From positions 1 to 48,321 of the IMG/VR virus record IMGVR_UViG_3300002460_000006: a DNA stretch of 48,321 nt. One strand, 5' to 3'. Below, piece after piece: positions 1 through 9,276 of this stretch. A model generated the notes under the pieces. The model had not been told where the DNA came from. It saw only the letters and a list, made by a program, of their open reading frames with translations, and did not search any database. The DNA comes from a virus. Each line of letters opens with the position of its first letter. Position 1 is the first letter of the stretch. The position numbers and the translations under genes are program-made.

Positions 1-95
1 ATCAACCGTGAGGTTGACGGCAGCCCCATCGGATTCAAAGAATTTAAGAACATCTCCCGCCAATACTGCGGAGAAGGTGCCGGCCGTCGTAGTAG
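1..95. repeat. Left copy of the 95-bp exact terminal direct repeat (identical to 48227..48321). Read as a circular-assembly overlap.
   Basis: Base-by-base comparison: atcaaccgtgaggttgacgg...cggccgtcgtagtag is present at both ends. The repeat lies inside an open reading frame. Confidence 0.9.
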
Positions 96-2046
96 TGATG
101 CGAAGTTGACCATCCCAAGTTTCAACCAATAAAGGGGCTGCGGTAAACTCCGCCGTAAATTTACCATTAAAGGTGACCGCCGCATCCATGCCAACGAAGT
201 CTTTCAAGTCGGTGACGGTCCGCGGAGCGGTGTACTCGATAGTCCTAACCCCACCTCGATTGGTGATGAAATAGGCCACACTCTGGGCTGTCAAAGACTT
301 CACTACGACCACAGCCTCATATAATGTGTCATTGCTGGTATCGTGTCTTGACCAAGCTTGCATCTGCTGCTCTCGTTGATAAGTGAGCGATATCAAGCTC
401 CCGTCGTCGAAAACCACCCAAACTAAAGGGATCTCCCCGTCTTGGAAAGCCCACGAGACGACCCTCTTACTTTTGAACAGGTGGTTAGAGAAAATGCTAA
501 CCTCTTCACTAGGGTATTTGGACTCATTAGAATATGTCAGATTCCTCACAGAATTTGTGGAAGCATCTACAAATAAAATTCCACCGGGGACTTCAAGAGG
601 CGGCACCTTTGGGTCAATGACATGGTTTGATATCTTATCTAAGGCTAGATTATCAGGAGTCAAAGCACCAGAGGACCTGTAGATACCTACCGTAGTGAAA
701 GCCAACATACCGTCATTGTCCATCATACGAAGCACTTTTGCGCTCCCGGTGGTTCCGGCTTTAAAAGCCAAAGCTGAAGCGGCACTCAAAGGGTATTCTC
801 TATTGAAGTCGTAATGGTAGCCGGAGCGAGATGTAACAATTGACTCTTCGTTATAAGATGAAGAAACCACAAGTCTACCTTGATAAACGGTGACGGTCCG
901 TGGACGTAAGCGATTCACCAGCCATGCCGTAGTGGGGTAAGTCAACCCTGAAGGGTCTAAATCCCTCTGGGTACTGATCACCGACTGAGGGAAAGTGTGA
1001 GTGTAATCCGCATCACCACCGTAGTCGGTGAAAGTGAAACGATACAAAGAACCCGATAAAACTTTAGTAGAAGTCGAACCGATGAAACCGTAGGCGTTTC
1101 CGTCTACCGGTCTTCGGTACACCCTCAACTCTATGTTGGAGGCGTCCGTGCTCGTATCGAAGACGTAAGTGTTAGGGGTGGCGGCCGCCGGTAAAAGTGC
1201 TGCAAAAGTGGACACTGTAGGGTTTGACTCTTGACCCATACCGTTGACGTAAGTGAAGACGTAATCTACAGCATAACCTGTACCGTTAAGTACTTGTGAC
1301 ACGAATGTCGGCTTGGCCGGGTAGAACTCCAAACCTGTAGTTGAAGACGTACCTAAATGAGCTAAGAGCGCACCAGTGCTGGTGACTATTTTCCTAAGAG
1401 GTTTACCCAACAATGAGATGTAGGTGTAAATGCCGCTAGATACGAAATGTAGATCTGGTATGTCGTCTTCATGGAAACCGTGCCCTTCACCGATCGCACT
1501 CGTACCAGCGGAGGTGTCGTGAATGCGAACGAAACAGTGACCAAACTCCAACAGGTACTGACTATAGCGTGGACTATAAACGGTCGTAACAACCCTCTCA
1601 CCGACGTCGGTGGGGGTGATGGTGTGAGTGCCTGCACCCGTAGAGGTGATGTCGACTGCATTTGACTGATACGCTTCCTCCAGCGTTGACGCTAACTTAA
1701 AGGTATCTTCAGTCAAATAAATTACATAATAGGTTGTGGCTGCAACTAGTCCGGCGGGGAGAGTGGTCGTACTAGATACGGTAACTGTCGCACCCGTGTG
1801 CATGAAGTGACCGACCTTGGTACAGATGTCGGTCGTCGCCGCAGTAAACGTCCCGGCACTAGTCGTGACAACACGACTCGCAGCCAATTTAGGTTTTCCA
1901 GCTCGAGTGATGAGTCTGCCGGTCTTGCCCACATGACAGTTTCTGAGAGTGGCAAGACCTGTTCGATATTTGTCTAAAGTGGTACGTTCATGGAGGGCGG
2001 GGTCTAATTCCCCTGCACCAAAAGCCGCTTGAATCTTATAGGCCAT
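1..2046 (-). CDS. Tail tubular B / nozzle-like virion protein, N-terminal 682 codons. The ORF leaves the left edge and continues through the circular junction into 47591..48226, for 893 aa in total.
   Basis: Plus-strand triplets read from position 1 to 2046 contain no tta/cta/tca, so the minus frame is fully open. The ATG at 2046..2044 overlaps the upstream stop (TAATG). The frame joins exactly to ORF 47591..48289 (..TFSAVLAGDVLKFFESDG..). It follows a gp11-like adaptor gene. It is missing from the ORF track only because its stop is off-window. Confidence 0.8.
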   Translation of the reverse strand, partial: MAYKIQAAFGAGELDPALHERTTLDKYRTGLATLRNCHVGKTGRLITRAGKPKLAASRVVTTSAGTFTAATTDICTKVGHFMHTGATVTVSSTTTLPAGLVAATTYYVIYLTEDTFKLASTLEEAYQSNAVDITSTGAGTHTITPTDVGERVVTTVYSPRYSQYLLEFGHCFVRIHDTSAGTSAIGEGHGFHEDDIPDLHFVSSGIYTYISLLGKPLRKIVTSTGALLAHLGTSSTTGLEFYPAKPTFVSQVLNGTGYAVDYVFTYVNGMGQESNPTVSTFAALLPAAATPNTYVFDTSTDASNIELRVYRRPVDGNAYGFIGSTSTKVLSGSLYRFTFTDYGGDADYTHTFPQSVISTQRDLDPSGLTYPTTAWLVNRLRPRTVTVYQGRLVVSSSYNEESIVTSRSGYHYDFNREYPLSAASALAFKAGTTGSAKVLRMMDNDGMLAFTTVGIYRSSGALTPDNLALDKISNHVIDPKVPPLEVPGGILFVDASTNSVRNLTYSNESKYPSEEVSIFSNHLFKSKRVVSWAFQDGEIPLVWVVFDDGSLISLTYQREQQMQAWSRHDTSNDTLYEAVVVVKSLTAQSVAYFITNRGGVRTIEYTAPRTVTDLKDFVGMDAAVTFNGKFTAEFTAAPLLVETWDGQLRITTTTAGTFSAVLAGDVLKFFESDGAAVNLTVD

Positions 2047-2660
2047 TACGACAGCCTTTCCGCCACAAATTCAGACTCCGTGATTTCATCATCGAAGTTG
2101 GCATTTTCAAGTCTGTCATGCTCCTGAGCCTCGGCACGGGCGATGATATATTGTTCTAAAAGTGATTTTCTAAGTTCCTTGGCACCTTTACCCACTACAA
2201 GAGGGGCGGAATTATAAGCCAATCTCAAAGCTATAGTAAGACCCGCAGAGGCACTCAGAACACCAAGGGAAACATTATGAGAAAGATATTCCGCCACGGC
2301 GTCCTGTTCATTTGTAAAAATCACCTTAATACCATTCTTGTTGGTGATCCTTTTTGCGATGTGGGTGGATCTAGTATCTTTAACCACAGAGCTGATGATT
2401 CGTCGAAATAACGAACAGTCGCTCGGGTACTTGTAGGAATAACTCCACATGGTCGTAGGGTCTGCTTCGACGAGCTCAAGGGTTGCTTGAGAAGACGTGG
2501 CATCTAAGTCCATATCCTGAAGCGCCTGACGAAAGCTTAAATCCCAATTAAGTCTAAGGACTTTGGCCTCGATCGACATATCAGTATCGACGTCAATGAT
2601 CTGTTTAGAGAGAAGAAGGGAATTTAGGGCCAAATTCCAAATCTGTGCTTTAGAATACAT
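2046..2660 (-). CDS. Head-tail adaptor / tail tubular protein A-like (T7 gp11-like size and position).
   Basis: 204 aa. AAGGAGG RBS upstream of the ATG. Lies immediately upstream of the nozzle gene and is translationally coupled to it. The N-terminus MYSKAQIWNLALNSLL resembles recalled tubular-A N-termini. Confidence 0.5.
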   Translation of the reverse strand: MYSKAQIWNLALNSLLLSKQIIDVDTDMSIEAKVLRLNWDLSFRQALQDMDLDATSSQATLELVEADPTTMWSYSYKYPSDCSLFRRIISSVVKDTRSTHIAKRITNKNGIKVIFTNEQDAVAEYLSHNVSLGVLSASAGLTIALRLAYNSAPLVVGKGAKELRKSLLEQYIIARAEAQEHDRLENANFDDEITESEFVAERLS

Positions 2661-2686
2661 TGACCCCTCCTTTACTTAAAACTTTA

Positions 2687-2974
2687 CTACTTAACGGGCT
2701 TCATCCATTTGCCTAGATGATTAGGCTTTTCGCAAACGAACTCAACACCCGTTTTAATACGAACCTGTTTGTAGAAACCGTCTCGTAAAGCGACAACCTT
2801 AAGAGGGAATTTTAATTCCACTTTTTTGGCCTCTACTTTTTTGGCTTCCACAGGAGGCTGTTCGGCCTCTACGGGAACAGACCCCTCTACGGGGGCCTGC
2901 GCAGGTTCTTGGGCAACAGAGGCCTTAACAGGACTCTGCACTGCTGGAGTTGGCATTTTATTAGGTCTGCTCAA
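2687..2974 (-). CDS. Hypothetical Pro/Ala/Glu-rich small virion-module protein.
   Basis: 95-aa ORF with a TTG start preceded by GAGGTG, tightly packed in the late operon. Confidence 0.5.
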   Translation of the reverse strand: MSRPNKMPTPAVQSPVKASVAQEPAQAPVEGSVPVEAEQPPVEAKKVEAKKVELKFPLKVVALRDGFYKQVRIKTGVEFVCEKPNHLGKWMKPVK

Positions 2975-2975
2975 A

Positions 2976-3413
2976 TTACACCTCTGCGTCTACGACTTTA
3001 GGGAAAGATTTGTAGTTGGCAATCTCATCTTGAGGAACCAGATACACATCTAGTGTGACAGTCGTCGTCCCACCTGTTGCGGTGTTTCTGAAGCCTAGGA
3101 ATTGCTTAGACATCACACCTTGAGGGATTGGAATTTCGTGAACACTACCCACAGTCAAATCTGCTGCAAGAACCGAAATACTTGCAAGAGAAGTGATAGA
3201 AGTTGTCAAAGCGGCGTCTGTCGCCATGATAGCTTCCAATGTGTGAGTGGAACCCGCACCGGCAGCAACCGTTGGAACAACCAACAAGGCCATTCTGCGA
3301 CCGATGGAAAGGTCCTGAGCGGCAGTTTGTTTTTGGTAAGAGTTCGTAGAAACCGTTGCCGCACCCGTGAAGGCTTGAGCGACGGAGAGTTGATTTTCAA
3401 TATCGAATCTCAT
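2976..3413 (-). CDS. Small capsid-associated protein (decoration/cement-type by position only).
   Basis: ATG at 3413 is preceded by GGAGGA with a 7-nt spacer. The track's start at 3428 is a TTG inside that RBS. The gene lies directly downstream of the capsid gene. Confidence 0.55.
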   Translation of the reverse strand: MRFDIENQLSVAQAFTGAATVSTNSYQKQTAAQDLSIGRRMALLVVPTVAAGAGSTHTLEAIMATDAALTTSITSLASISVLAADLTVGSVHEIPIPQGVMSKQFLGFRNTATGGTTTVTLDVYLVPQDEIANYKSFPKVVDAEV

Positions 3414-3435
3414 AGTGAGGTCCTCCAAATTAAAA

Positions 3436-3466
3436 TTTAAATAAGGCGAGAGTTACCTCGCCACTT
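3436..3466 (-). terminator. Rho-independent-type hairpin just after the major capsid gene.
   Basis: Minus strand reads GGCGAG-GTAACT-CTCGCC followed by TTATTTAAATTTT. It sits between the capsid stop (3470) and the next RBS. Confidence 0.5.
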
Positions 3467-3469
3467 TTA

Positions 3470-4495
3470 TTAGACTACTCGATCTTCAGTGTTCAACAGA
3501 GCATCGCTTCGTCGAACTGGACAATCAAGGAACATCAAGACTTTCTCACCTTGATAGTTGTCGTATCTGAGTCCGCCACCAGCTTGAACACCGTTACGAG
3601 CTTGCTTGTGCAAGAACGCTTCGATAGTGCGGTTCACGTACCAAATACCTTGACCGTTTTGAGGATTGTGGATCTTGTAATTCGCACTGATCATCAAGTC
3701 GATCAAGTCCGCTGCACCGACACCTGATAACAAAAGAGCAGGGTCGATATTACAAATACGAGCCGCTTGACGGTAATCTTTAACAACCAATCCATGATCG
3801 ATTTCGAAGTTCTCTTCAAAACCCCAGATTGTTCCAGCGTTCCCGTTCACGTCTAGGACAGAGATTTGAACCTCTTTACCACCAGCGGAACGATCGGTGC
3901 GCTTAAGACCAGCCTGAGTACCTTTAGGATAGATACCGAAGATCGCGTTTTCACCCCAATGAACTTTAAGGATAGAACAGTTGTCTCCAGTAGTACCACC
4001 ACCGTCGATAACCTGATTGCCAGTCTCTTCAGTCGTTTCATCAACTGTAGAGTAAATGTCAAACAGACCTGCGGTTTTAAGAGTAGAACTTGCAGGGGAG
4101 CCGTAGATTGTCAGACTTGCGTGTTCATTCGCATGAGCTTGCAAGTGACCCATAGCTTGATTCCAACGATTGTAAGCAATGCGATCTACACCGCCGCGCT
4201 TAGCCACCGCTGCGTCGATTTGAGACTTGGACTCAAAGTGACATGCGGTGAAAGTACGTTCTTCAACTGTACTTTTTGATGCTGGAATCGCCTGATTGGC
4301 CTTACGGTAGTACACTTCAGGAAGTGCCGAACGAAGATCTTCCTTGTGGATAGTACCTTCATTCATCTCCATGTAAGGGATGTCTTTGAGCATCGGATTC
4401 TCTTGCATGAGAACCTCTGCGACCTTACCGATTTTCTTGTCTTTACTCTTTGCTACATCGGCTAACGTAACTAGGTATAAACCTTTTGCTGCCAT
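3470..4495 (-). CDS. Major capsid protein.
   Basis: 341 aa with GGAGG RBS. Located directly after an acidic scaffold-like gene and before a terminator hairpin. Size and composition are typical of HK97-fold coat proteins. Confidence 0.75.
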   Translation of the reverse strand: MAAKGLYLVTLADVAKSKDKKIGKVAEVLMQENPMLKDIPYMEMNEGTIHKEDLRSALPEVYYRKANQAIPASKSTVEERTFTACHFESKSQIDAAVAKRGGVDRIAYNRWNQAMGHLQAHANEHASLTIYGSPASSTLKTAGLFDIYSTVDETTEETGNQVIDGGGTTGDNCSILKVHWGENAIFGIYPKGTQAGLKRTDRSAGGKEVQISVLDVNGNAGTIWGFEENFEIDHGLVVKDYRQAARICNIDPALLLSGVGAADLIDLMISANYKIHNPQNGQGIWYVNRTIEAFLHKQARNGVQAGGGLRYDNYQGEKVLMFLDCPVRRSDALLNTEDRVV

Positions 4496-4543
4496 TTTGA
4501 AACCTCCGGGTCTTAGTTAAAGACCAAAGAAATTAATTAATAA

Positions 4544-5338
4544 TTAAGAATTATAAAAATCCAATGGATCGTCGGAACTCTCGTCCACTTCCACCACCGG
4601 ATCACCTTGTACAAGCTTCTCGGTTGAATAAAGGTGGTCATGCAGTTTCGCCATTTCCCTCATGACGATAGGAGGCAACATTCGGTTTCCCTCTGTCAAT
4701 AGTTTTTTAATTCCAGGGAAGAACTCCGAAAGAACTTTATCAACATTCTTAAGACTCTGAGGGAACTTTTCTCCTCCGAAATCGGGGTCTGTTTTCAATT
4801 CCTTTTGCCACGTAGACTTTAGTTTCAAGACTTCTTTATCCAGGGCACTTTGGTGAGCTTCGCGAGCAGCCTTTACGTCAGCAATCTCGGAGTTTTTAAG
4901 ATTCACAAAAGCCTGCGCCGCCTCTTGAGTGAGTCCGTTGGCTTTGGCGAAGTCTGAAACTTTCTCTGCCGTCGCTTTGTCCATGTCACCAAAATCCAAC
5001 TCAAACCCGAGCTTCTCTTGAGTGCTCTGTGGTTTTTCTACTGGAGGCACAGGTGGTACTTCAGCAGGAATAACTACGTCTTCTTCGTAGCCTGTTTTCG
5101 AAGCTTCTTGTTGTGCATCTGCCTCTTGTTCGGATTTCTTTGCGGGTGCTGCTTTTTGGACTTTCTTTCCCTCTTCGTCGGTAGGCTGGTCGATAGCATA
5201 ACCGAACTCGTCGGTCTCGATATCAAGCCCTGATTCTTCAGCTTTCGAAGGATCGTTTGTAGCCTCTTGTTTGTCGTCCACTTTGCCATTGGGAGAACCT
5301 CCTGCAGGAGAACCCCCTTCATCATCGGCTTTATTCAT
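4544..5338 (-). CDS. Scaffolding protein (acidic, Lys/Glu-rich, helical).
   Basis: My preferred start is ATG 5338, overlapping the upstream stop as ATGAATAA. The track's longer alternative starts at 5386. Highly charged, low-complexity N-terminal half. Position is between portal and capsid. Confidence 0.6.
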   Translation of the reverse strand: MNKADDEGGSPAGGSPNGKVDDKQEATNDPSKAEESGLDIETDEFGYAIDQPTDEEGKKVQKAAPAKKSEQEADAQQEASKTGYEEDVVIPAEVPPVPPVEKPQSTQEKLGFELDFGDMDKATAEKVSDFAKANGLTQEAAQAFVNLKNSEIADVKAAREAHQSALDKEVLKLKSTWQKELKTDPDFGGEKFPQSLKNVDKVLSEFFPGIKKLLTEGNRMLPPIVMREMAKLHDHLYSTEKLVQGDPVVEVDESSDDPLDFYNS

Positions 5339-5651
5339 TAAGATCGCGAATAATTTTTTCATATTTTTCTCTTTCGATTTGACCAAGAAGTAGACCGGCT
5401 TGCGCAGGGTCCACCTCTGCCACTATTTTGAAAATTGATTGACCGGCTCTTAAGAAACCTAAAACATCGGCCAAGTGTTCACCTGTGAGTCCACGCTCTG
5501 GAAGTTCACCAACACTAAAGTTTTTAAACAGGTACTTGAAAAAAGTACGACCGTAAGTATGGGCTAGGATCGCGCGAATACTCTCGATGGCTTCAAGGTG
5601 TTCCTGTTGGGCCTCAAGTTCTTCGCGCGACATCACTCTCGTAATATCCAT
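5331..5651 (-). CDS. Hypothetical protein.
   Basis: 106-aa ORF whose start overlaps the upstream stop (TAATG). Confidence 0.6.
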   Translation of the reverse strand: MDITRVMSREELEAQQEHLEAIESIRAILAHTYGRTFFKYLFKNFSVGELPERGLTGEHLADVLGFLRAGQSIFKIVAEVDPAQAGLLLGQIEREKYEKIIRDLNE

Positions 5652-6673
5652 TAGTTTACGTCCGTGATGGCTCCATTATGACTTACCGCTGCCCAAGCAT
5701 CGTTACCGATGGCTTCTAAAGTCACACTCGCTCCCGCATCAGTGATGCGAATCGCATCGCCTGCCGCTGGCGAGATAGTTCCACCACTTGCTGTGATAGG
5801 AAGGATTTGGTCCGTACCGTCAGCAGGGTTGATGTCGAGGTCGTCAGCGGTGCCTGCGATGAACGTAAGTCTACAGCCGATGACAGTCGATGCTTCAGGT
5901 AGGGCCATCACGTCAGCACTGTCGCTCACGAAACTAGAACCGCACTGAGCTGCCGTAATTGACGCCGTAGTGGTAGCCACTTTAGCTTGGAGGAATCCAC
6001 TCAAAGCGTCACCACCATCACCTGTCACAGATCCAACCAAAGTTACTGCCCCTGCTGTGGACATTGTGAATTTGGCAACCTGAGAGCCTGAAGTGTCGTT
6101 AGAGATCGTGAACGAGTCGTCAGAGGCTACACTCGATAACATCCAATCGTCACCGTTATCGTCCGACTCATCGGCTTGAAGGATCAGATTTGAATTGGTT
6201 GCCTCAAAGGCTACCAATCTCACATTTGCCGCAGCATCGTCAAAACCAATACTAACGATATCGGAAGCATTAGTGATCGTCTCACTGTCAGACAGACTTA
6301 ATACCCCTGTCGTTGATATAGACAACTTGGTGACGTGTGAACCGGAAGTATCGTTGGAGATATTCAGGGCATTACCGGAAGCTGCCGCTAAGATCTTCCA
6401 GTCATCGCCGCTGTCGTCAGAATTATCGGCCTGAAGAGTCAATGCGATGTCAGCCGCGTTAGCCGCTGTCAACGTCGTTGAACCAGCCAAAGTAGGCGAG
6501 GACACCATATTGAGCTTGTTACCAACTTTGGTACAGGTCATTCCCGTACTACATTTTACGTTCGCAAAAATACCTAGGTTCGTGTCACCAGCGTAACCGC
6601 CGACACCGGCAACAGCCAAGCTTGCGAAAACCAATAGAATTAAACCCGTAAACCATTTGAATAAATTTCTCAC
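5651..6673 (-). CDS. Fibre/decoration-like repeat protein with an N-terminal Sec-type signal peptide or membrane anchor.
   Basis: GTG start with AAGGAG RBS. N-terminus MRNLFKWFTGLILLVFASLAVAG. Internal duplication: QADNSDDSGDDWKI..ISNDTSGSHVTKLSISTTG versus QADESDDNGDDWML..ISNDTSGSQVAKFTMSTAG. Confidence 0.7.
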   Translation of the reverse strand: MRNLFKWFTGLILLVFASLAVAGVGGYAGDTNLGIFANVKCSTGMTCTKVGNKLNMVSSPTLAGSTTLTAANAADIALTLQADNSDDSGDDWKILAAASGNALNISNDTSGSHVTKLSISTTGVLSLSDSETITNASDIVSIGFDDAAANVRLVAFEATNSNLILQADESDDNGDDWMLSSVASDDSFTISNDTSGSQVAKFTMSTAGAVTLVGSVTGDGGDALSGFLQAKVATTTASITAAQCGSSFVSDSADVMALPEASTVIGCRLTFIAGTADDLDINPADGTDQILPITASGGTISPAAGDAIRITDAGASVTLEAIGNDAWAAVSHNGAITDVN

Positions 6674-6697
6674 TTTAAAACTCCTTTGTTTTAGTTT

Positions 6698-8422
6698 TTA
6701 AACTTCTTCTGTACTTTGAGCCGCTCTCATGTCTTTAGCAGCCCCAGCAATGGCCGGCATTTGCTCCAGCATCTGCTGTTGTTGCAGTTGTTCTTGTCGC
6801 GCTTCTCGCATTGCGTCTACCTTGTTTTGAGGTCTATTGAGACCCTCAGGTAAAAACAAACGATCCTCGTAAAGGTCGCAGAGCTTATCTAGGTTAGCCT
6901 TATCGAAAATGCTAGGGTCTATTGCTCCGACCGATGTGACCATCTGAAGGTAGCGATCTACTTGAGGAAGATCTGCGGCCTTTTGAGCCTGGGCAAACAC
7001 GGAGATAAAATTGGTCCTTAACCATTCACCCTCTAGATCCTCCGGTGGAGGTTCCAAATAAGGGTCCTCCTCAAGGACGAAGAGCATCACGAACTCAACC
7101 ACGGGAAGGTTGTGGGTCAAGTTCATAGCCTGAAGATTAGGGCCGATAATGAGCTGCTGCTCGTTGATCACCGCATTTGTCTCGGTGGCGGTTCTAGTCT
7201 TAGGGTTCCTAGATAAATACAACAGGTAGTCAGCATAATAGAGTCTGTCGACCTGAATGCGCATATCCTGAATATCACCGTTAATTGCACTCACCCCTCG
7301 ACCATCAATTGCGTTGATGGTCTTTAAACCACCTTGGCTCATTGACGTCGCATCCAAAGGAATGAAGTGATTAGAAGCCTGAGTGATATAAGATTTCTTA
7401 AGACTGGCCGGACCCTGAACAGCAGGGTTGAGCATCTTCTCTAGCGCGATGTCTTTACCGATGGCTTTTTTATTCAAAGATTTGATCAAACCTAGAGAGT
7501 CTAAAGTTGGACCTTTTTCGCCATATTCATAATTGTTCGAGGCGAACGATCTTCCAACAATGAACGGTTTACGCTTCGATGCGGACATACTGAGGTAGCG
7601 GTCCTTGTTCTTCGGACTCTCGCTCTCTTCGTAACCCTCTTCGACGTTGACATCAAATTGACCTGTTGCTGAGGCAGAGCCCAACTCGTAGGTGTAAGTG
7701 ATCCACGGTCTATTGAGTAAAATCTCCGGCTTAGAAGGGTTGTAGTCTTCGTTTCTTTTCACGACCGTGACCACATCGATTTTACTCGCGTAGCTGGCGT
7801 CCTCGTAGAGCTTCTTAACTCGACCTGAGAAATTGGACCAATCCACTTTACCGGACTTGTTCTTTTTACCGTAGCGATCAACTAAAGCTTTAACGTTCAA
7901 CTGGAACTCTCTAACAAGAGTCTCAGCGACACCAATACTGTTGTTGATGCAATAATAAGATCCCGGGGTCAGTACGTGAAAGAATAGGTTCCCGTCGATC
8001 TCATCAATGAAATAAGTACCAGTGTTAAAAGTACCATAGTCGTAATAGAATTGTCCTGCTGCGTCGTAGAAATTAGAATTTGAGAGAAGACTTAAGGTTC
8101 TCTTCGTAAAGTGCTCTAACCACTTCTTATTTTCAGGAACCTGATTGATACCTTCGTCTTGATGTTGAATCCTGTACCATGGTCTAGAAGCTGAAGTATT
8201 ACCTTCAAGAAAGCCTGCAACATAAGATCTTAAGGCCAAAACATGAGTAGGGTCGACGATGAGTTGGTTATTCCGCTCACCTTCAAGTTGGGCCATCAGC
8301 CATTTAACCCTAGCGGGTGAGGCCCATTTACCACAATCGATCCACGTCGCACGCATAGTCGAGTCGAATTTAGACTTGGACTGGCTTCGTAGATATTCGA
8401 GTTGGTTCTTAGTACATACCAT
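6698..8422 (-). CDS. Portal protein.
   Basis: 574 aa. Lies downstream of terL and upstream of scaffold and capsid. The Gln-rich charged C-terminus is typical of podovirus connectors. Confidence 0.7.
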   Translation of the reverse strand: MVCTKNQLEYLRSQSKSKFDSTMRATWIDCGKWASPARVKWLMAQLEGERNNQLIVDPTHVLALRSYVAGFLEGNTSASRPWYRIQHQDEGINQVPENKKWLEHFTKRTLSLLSNSNFYDAAGQFYYDYGTFNTGTYFIDEIDGNLFFHVLTPGSYYCINNSIGVAETLVREFQLNVKALVDRYGKKNKSGKVDWSNFSGRVKKLYEDASYASKIDVVTVVKRNEDYNPSKPEILLNRPWITYTYELGSASATGQFDVNVEEGYEESESPKNKDRYLSMSASKRKPFIVGRSFASNNYEYGEKGPTLDSLGLIKSLNKKAIGKDIALEKMLNPAVQGPASLKKSYITQASNHFIPLDATSMSQGGLKTINAIDGRGVSAINGDIQDMRIQVDRLYYADYLLYLSRNPKTRTATETNAVINEQQLIIGPNLQAMNLTHNLPVVEFVMLFVLEEDPYLEPPPEDLEGEWLRTNFISVFAQAQKAADLPQVDRYLQMVTSVGAIDPSIFDKANLDKLCDLYEDRLFLPEGLNRPQNKVDAMREARQEQLQQQQMLEQMPAIAGAAKDMRAAQSTEEV

Positions 8423-8827
8423 CTATATACCTAGGAAATCTTTCGAAAGTAACTGGGTGGCTTGAGCTGCTAAATCTGAACCTAGTACAGCGTTCGCACT
8501 ACCTGCGGCGTTGGACGCTGCTACATCGTCTCGCTGTCTGCGGGCTTGTTCGTCTTTTTGTTCCTGCAGCCTGTTGGCCTTTTCTGCATCAAGAAGGTCT
8601 TTATTGTTCATAGCCTCTTTACGCGCTACGTTACGACCTGTAAGTTCACCGACACCTTCGTCGATAGCTCTAAGCCCTACACCCTTGTTGATCTTGCCGT
8701 CCTTATAGCCAACAAGACCACCCGTGATGACATTAGCGGCAATGTCAATGAGTTGATCGACACCGCTTTTATCAGTGTTTACGATATCGTTATTTGAATC
8801 GAACGGGTTCTCTATACGAATTCCCAT
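8423..8827 (-). CDS. Hypothetical protein (Gly-rich N-terminal half, charged helical C-terminal half).
   Basis: 134-aa ORF coupled on both sides by 1-nt overlaps. Confidence 0.6.
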   Translation of the reverse strand: MGIRIENPFDSNNDIVNTDKSGVDQLIDIAANVITGGLVGYKDGKINKGVGLRAIDEGVGELTGRNVARKEAMNNKDLLDAEKANRLQEQKDEQARRQRDDVAASNAAGSANAVLGSDLAAQATQLLSKDFLGI

Positions 8828-9276
8828 TATTTCCTCATAAGGTAAACTTTTTCCATTAGGTGAAATCCTAGTCTCTCTAGAGATCGAGGTTTTATATTTG
8901 TATTTTGCCTAATGACACTGATCGTATGGTTTGCGTTTGTTTTGCCGATGTCAATAAATTCCTTAAGCAGGAGATAAGTAGAACGAGTATTTGGTAGTGA
9001 AAACAATACGTTCAAACTGAGAGTTTTAATACTTGAGTCGAACAAGTTCTCACCGAAAGAGGCCATCAGAAAACCAACAGGCTGCTTGTGTTTGTAGCAA
9101 ACCAACAGTAGGTGCTTGTCGGCGAAATCTCGCAGCGGGAAGTCCGTCCAGTTACAGGGTTCAGATTTACTTAGAATCAGACCCGCTTCATAGATGAGCC
9201 TCGATACCGGGCGATCTATTTGTTTACCTAAACGGCGTTTAATCGTATAAACCTTCTTCGTAATACGTTTGTTCAT
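8827..9276 (-). CDS. GNAT-like acetyltransferase-fold protein (tentative).
   Basis: 149 aa. Pattern ..LLLVCYKHKQPVGFLMASF..., with C-terminal RSLERLGFHLMEKVYLM resembling the GNAT beta-alpha-beta end. Confidence 0.4.
   Translation of the reverse strand: MNKRITKKVYTIKRRLGKQIDRPVSRLIYEAGLILSKSEPCNWTDFPLRDFADKHLLLVCYKHKQPVGFLMASFGENLFDSSIKTLSLNVLFSLPNTRSTYLLLKEFIDIGKTNANHTISVIRQNTNIKPRSLERLGFHLMEKVYLMRK

Noticed and set aside
1-95. The terminal repeat as a true T7-style direct terminal repeat.
   Set aside because: It lies inside a coding sequence and is needed to reconstitute one ORF. Assembly overlap of a circular or permuted genome is the simpler reading. Read-level data would be needed to be sure.
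383-1955. Four short ORFs from the track (383..682, 1386..1661, 1471..1665, 1746..1955).
   Set aside because: All lie inside or antisense to the continuous 682-codon minus-strand frame of the nozzle gene, which I verified triplet by triplet.
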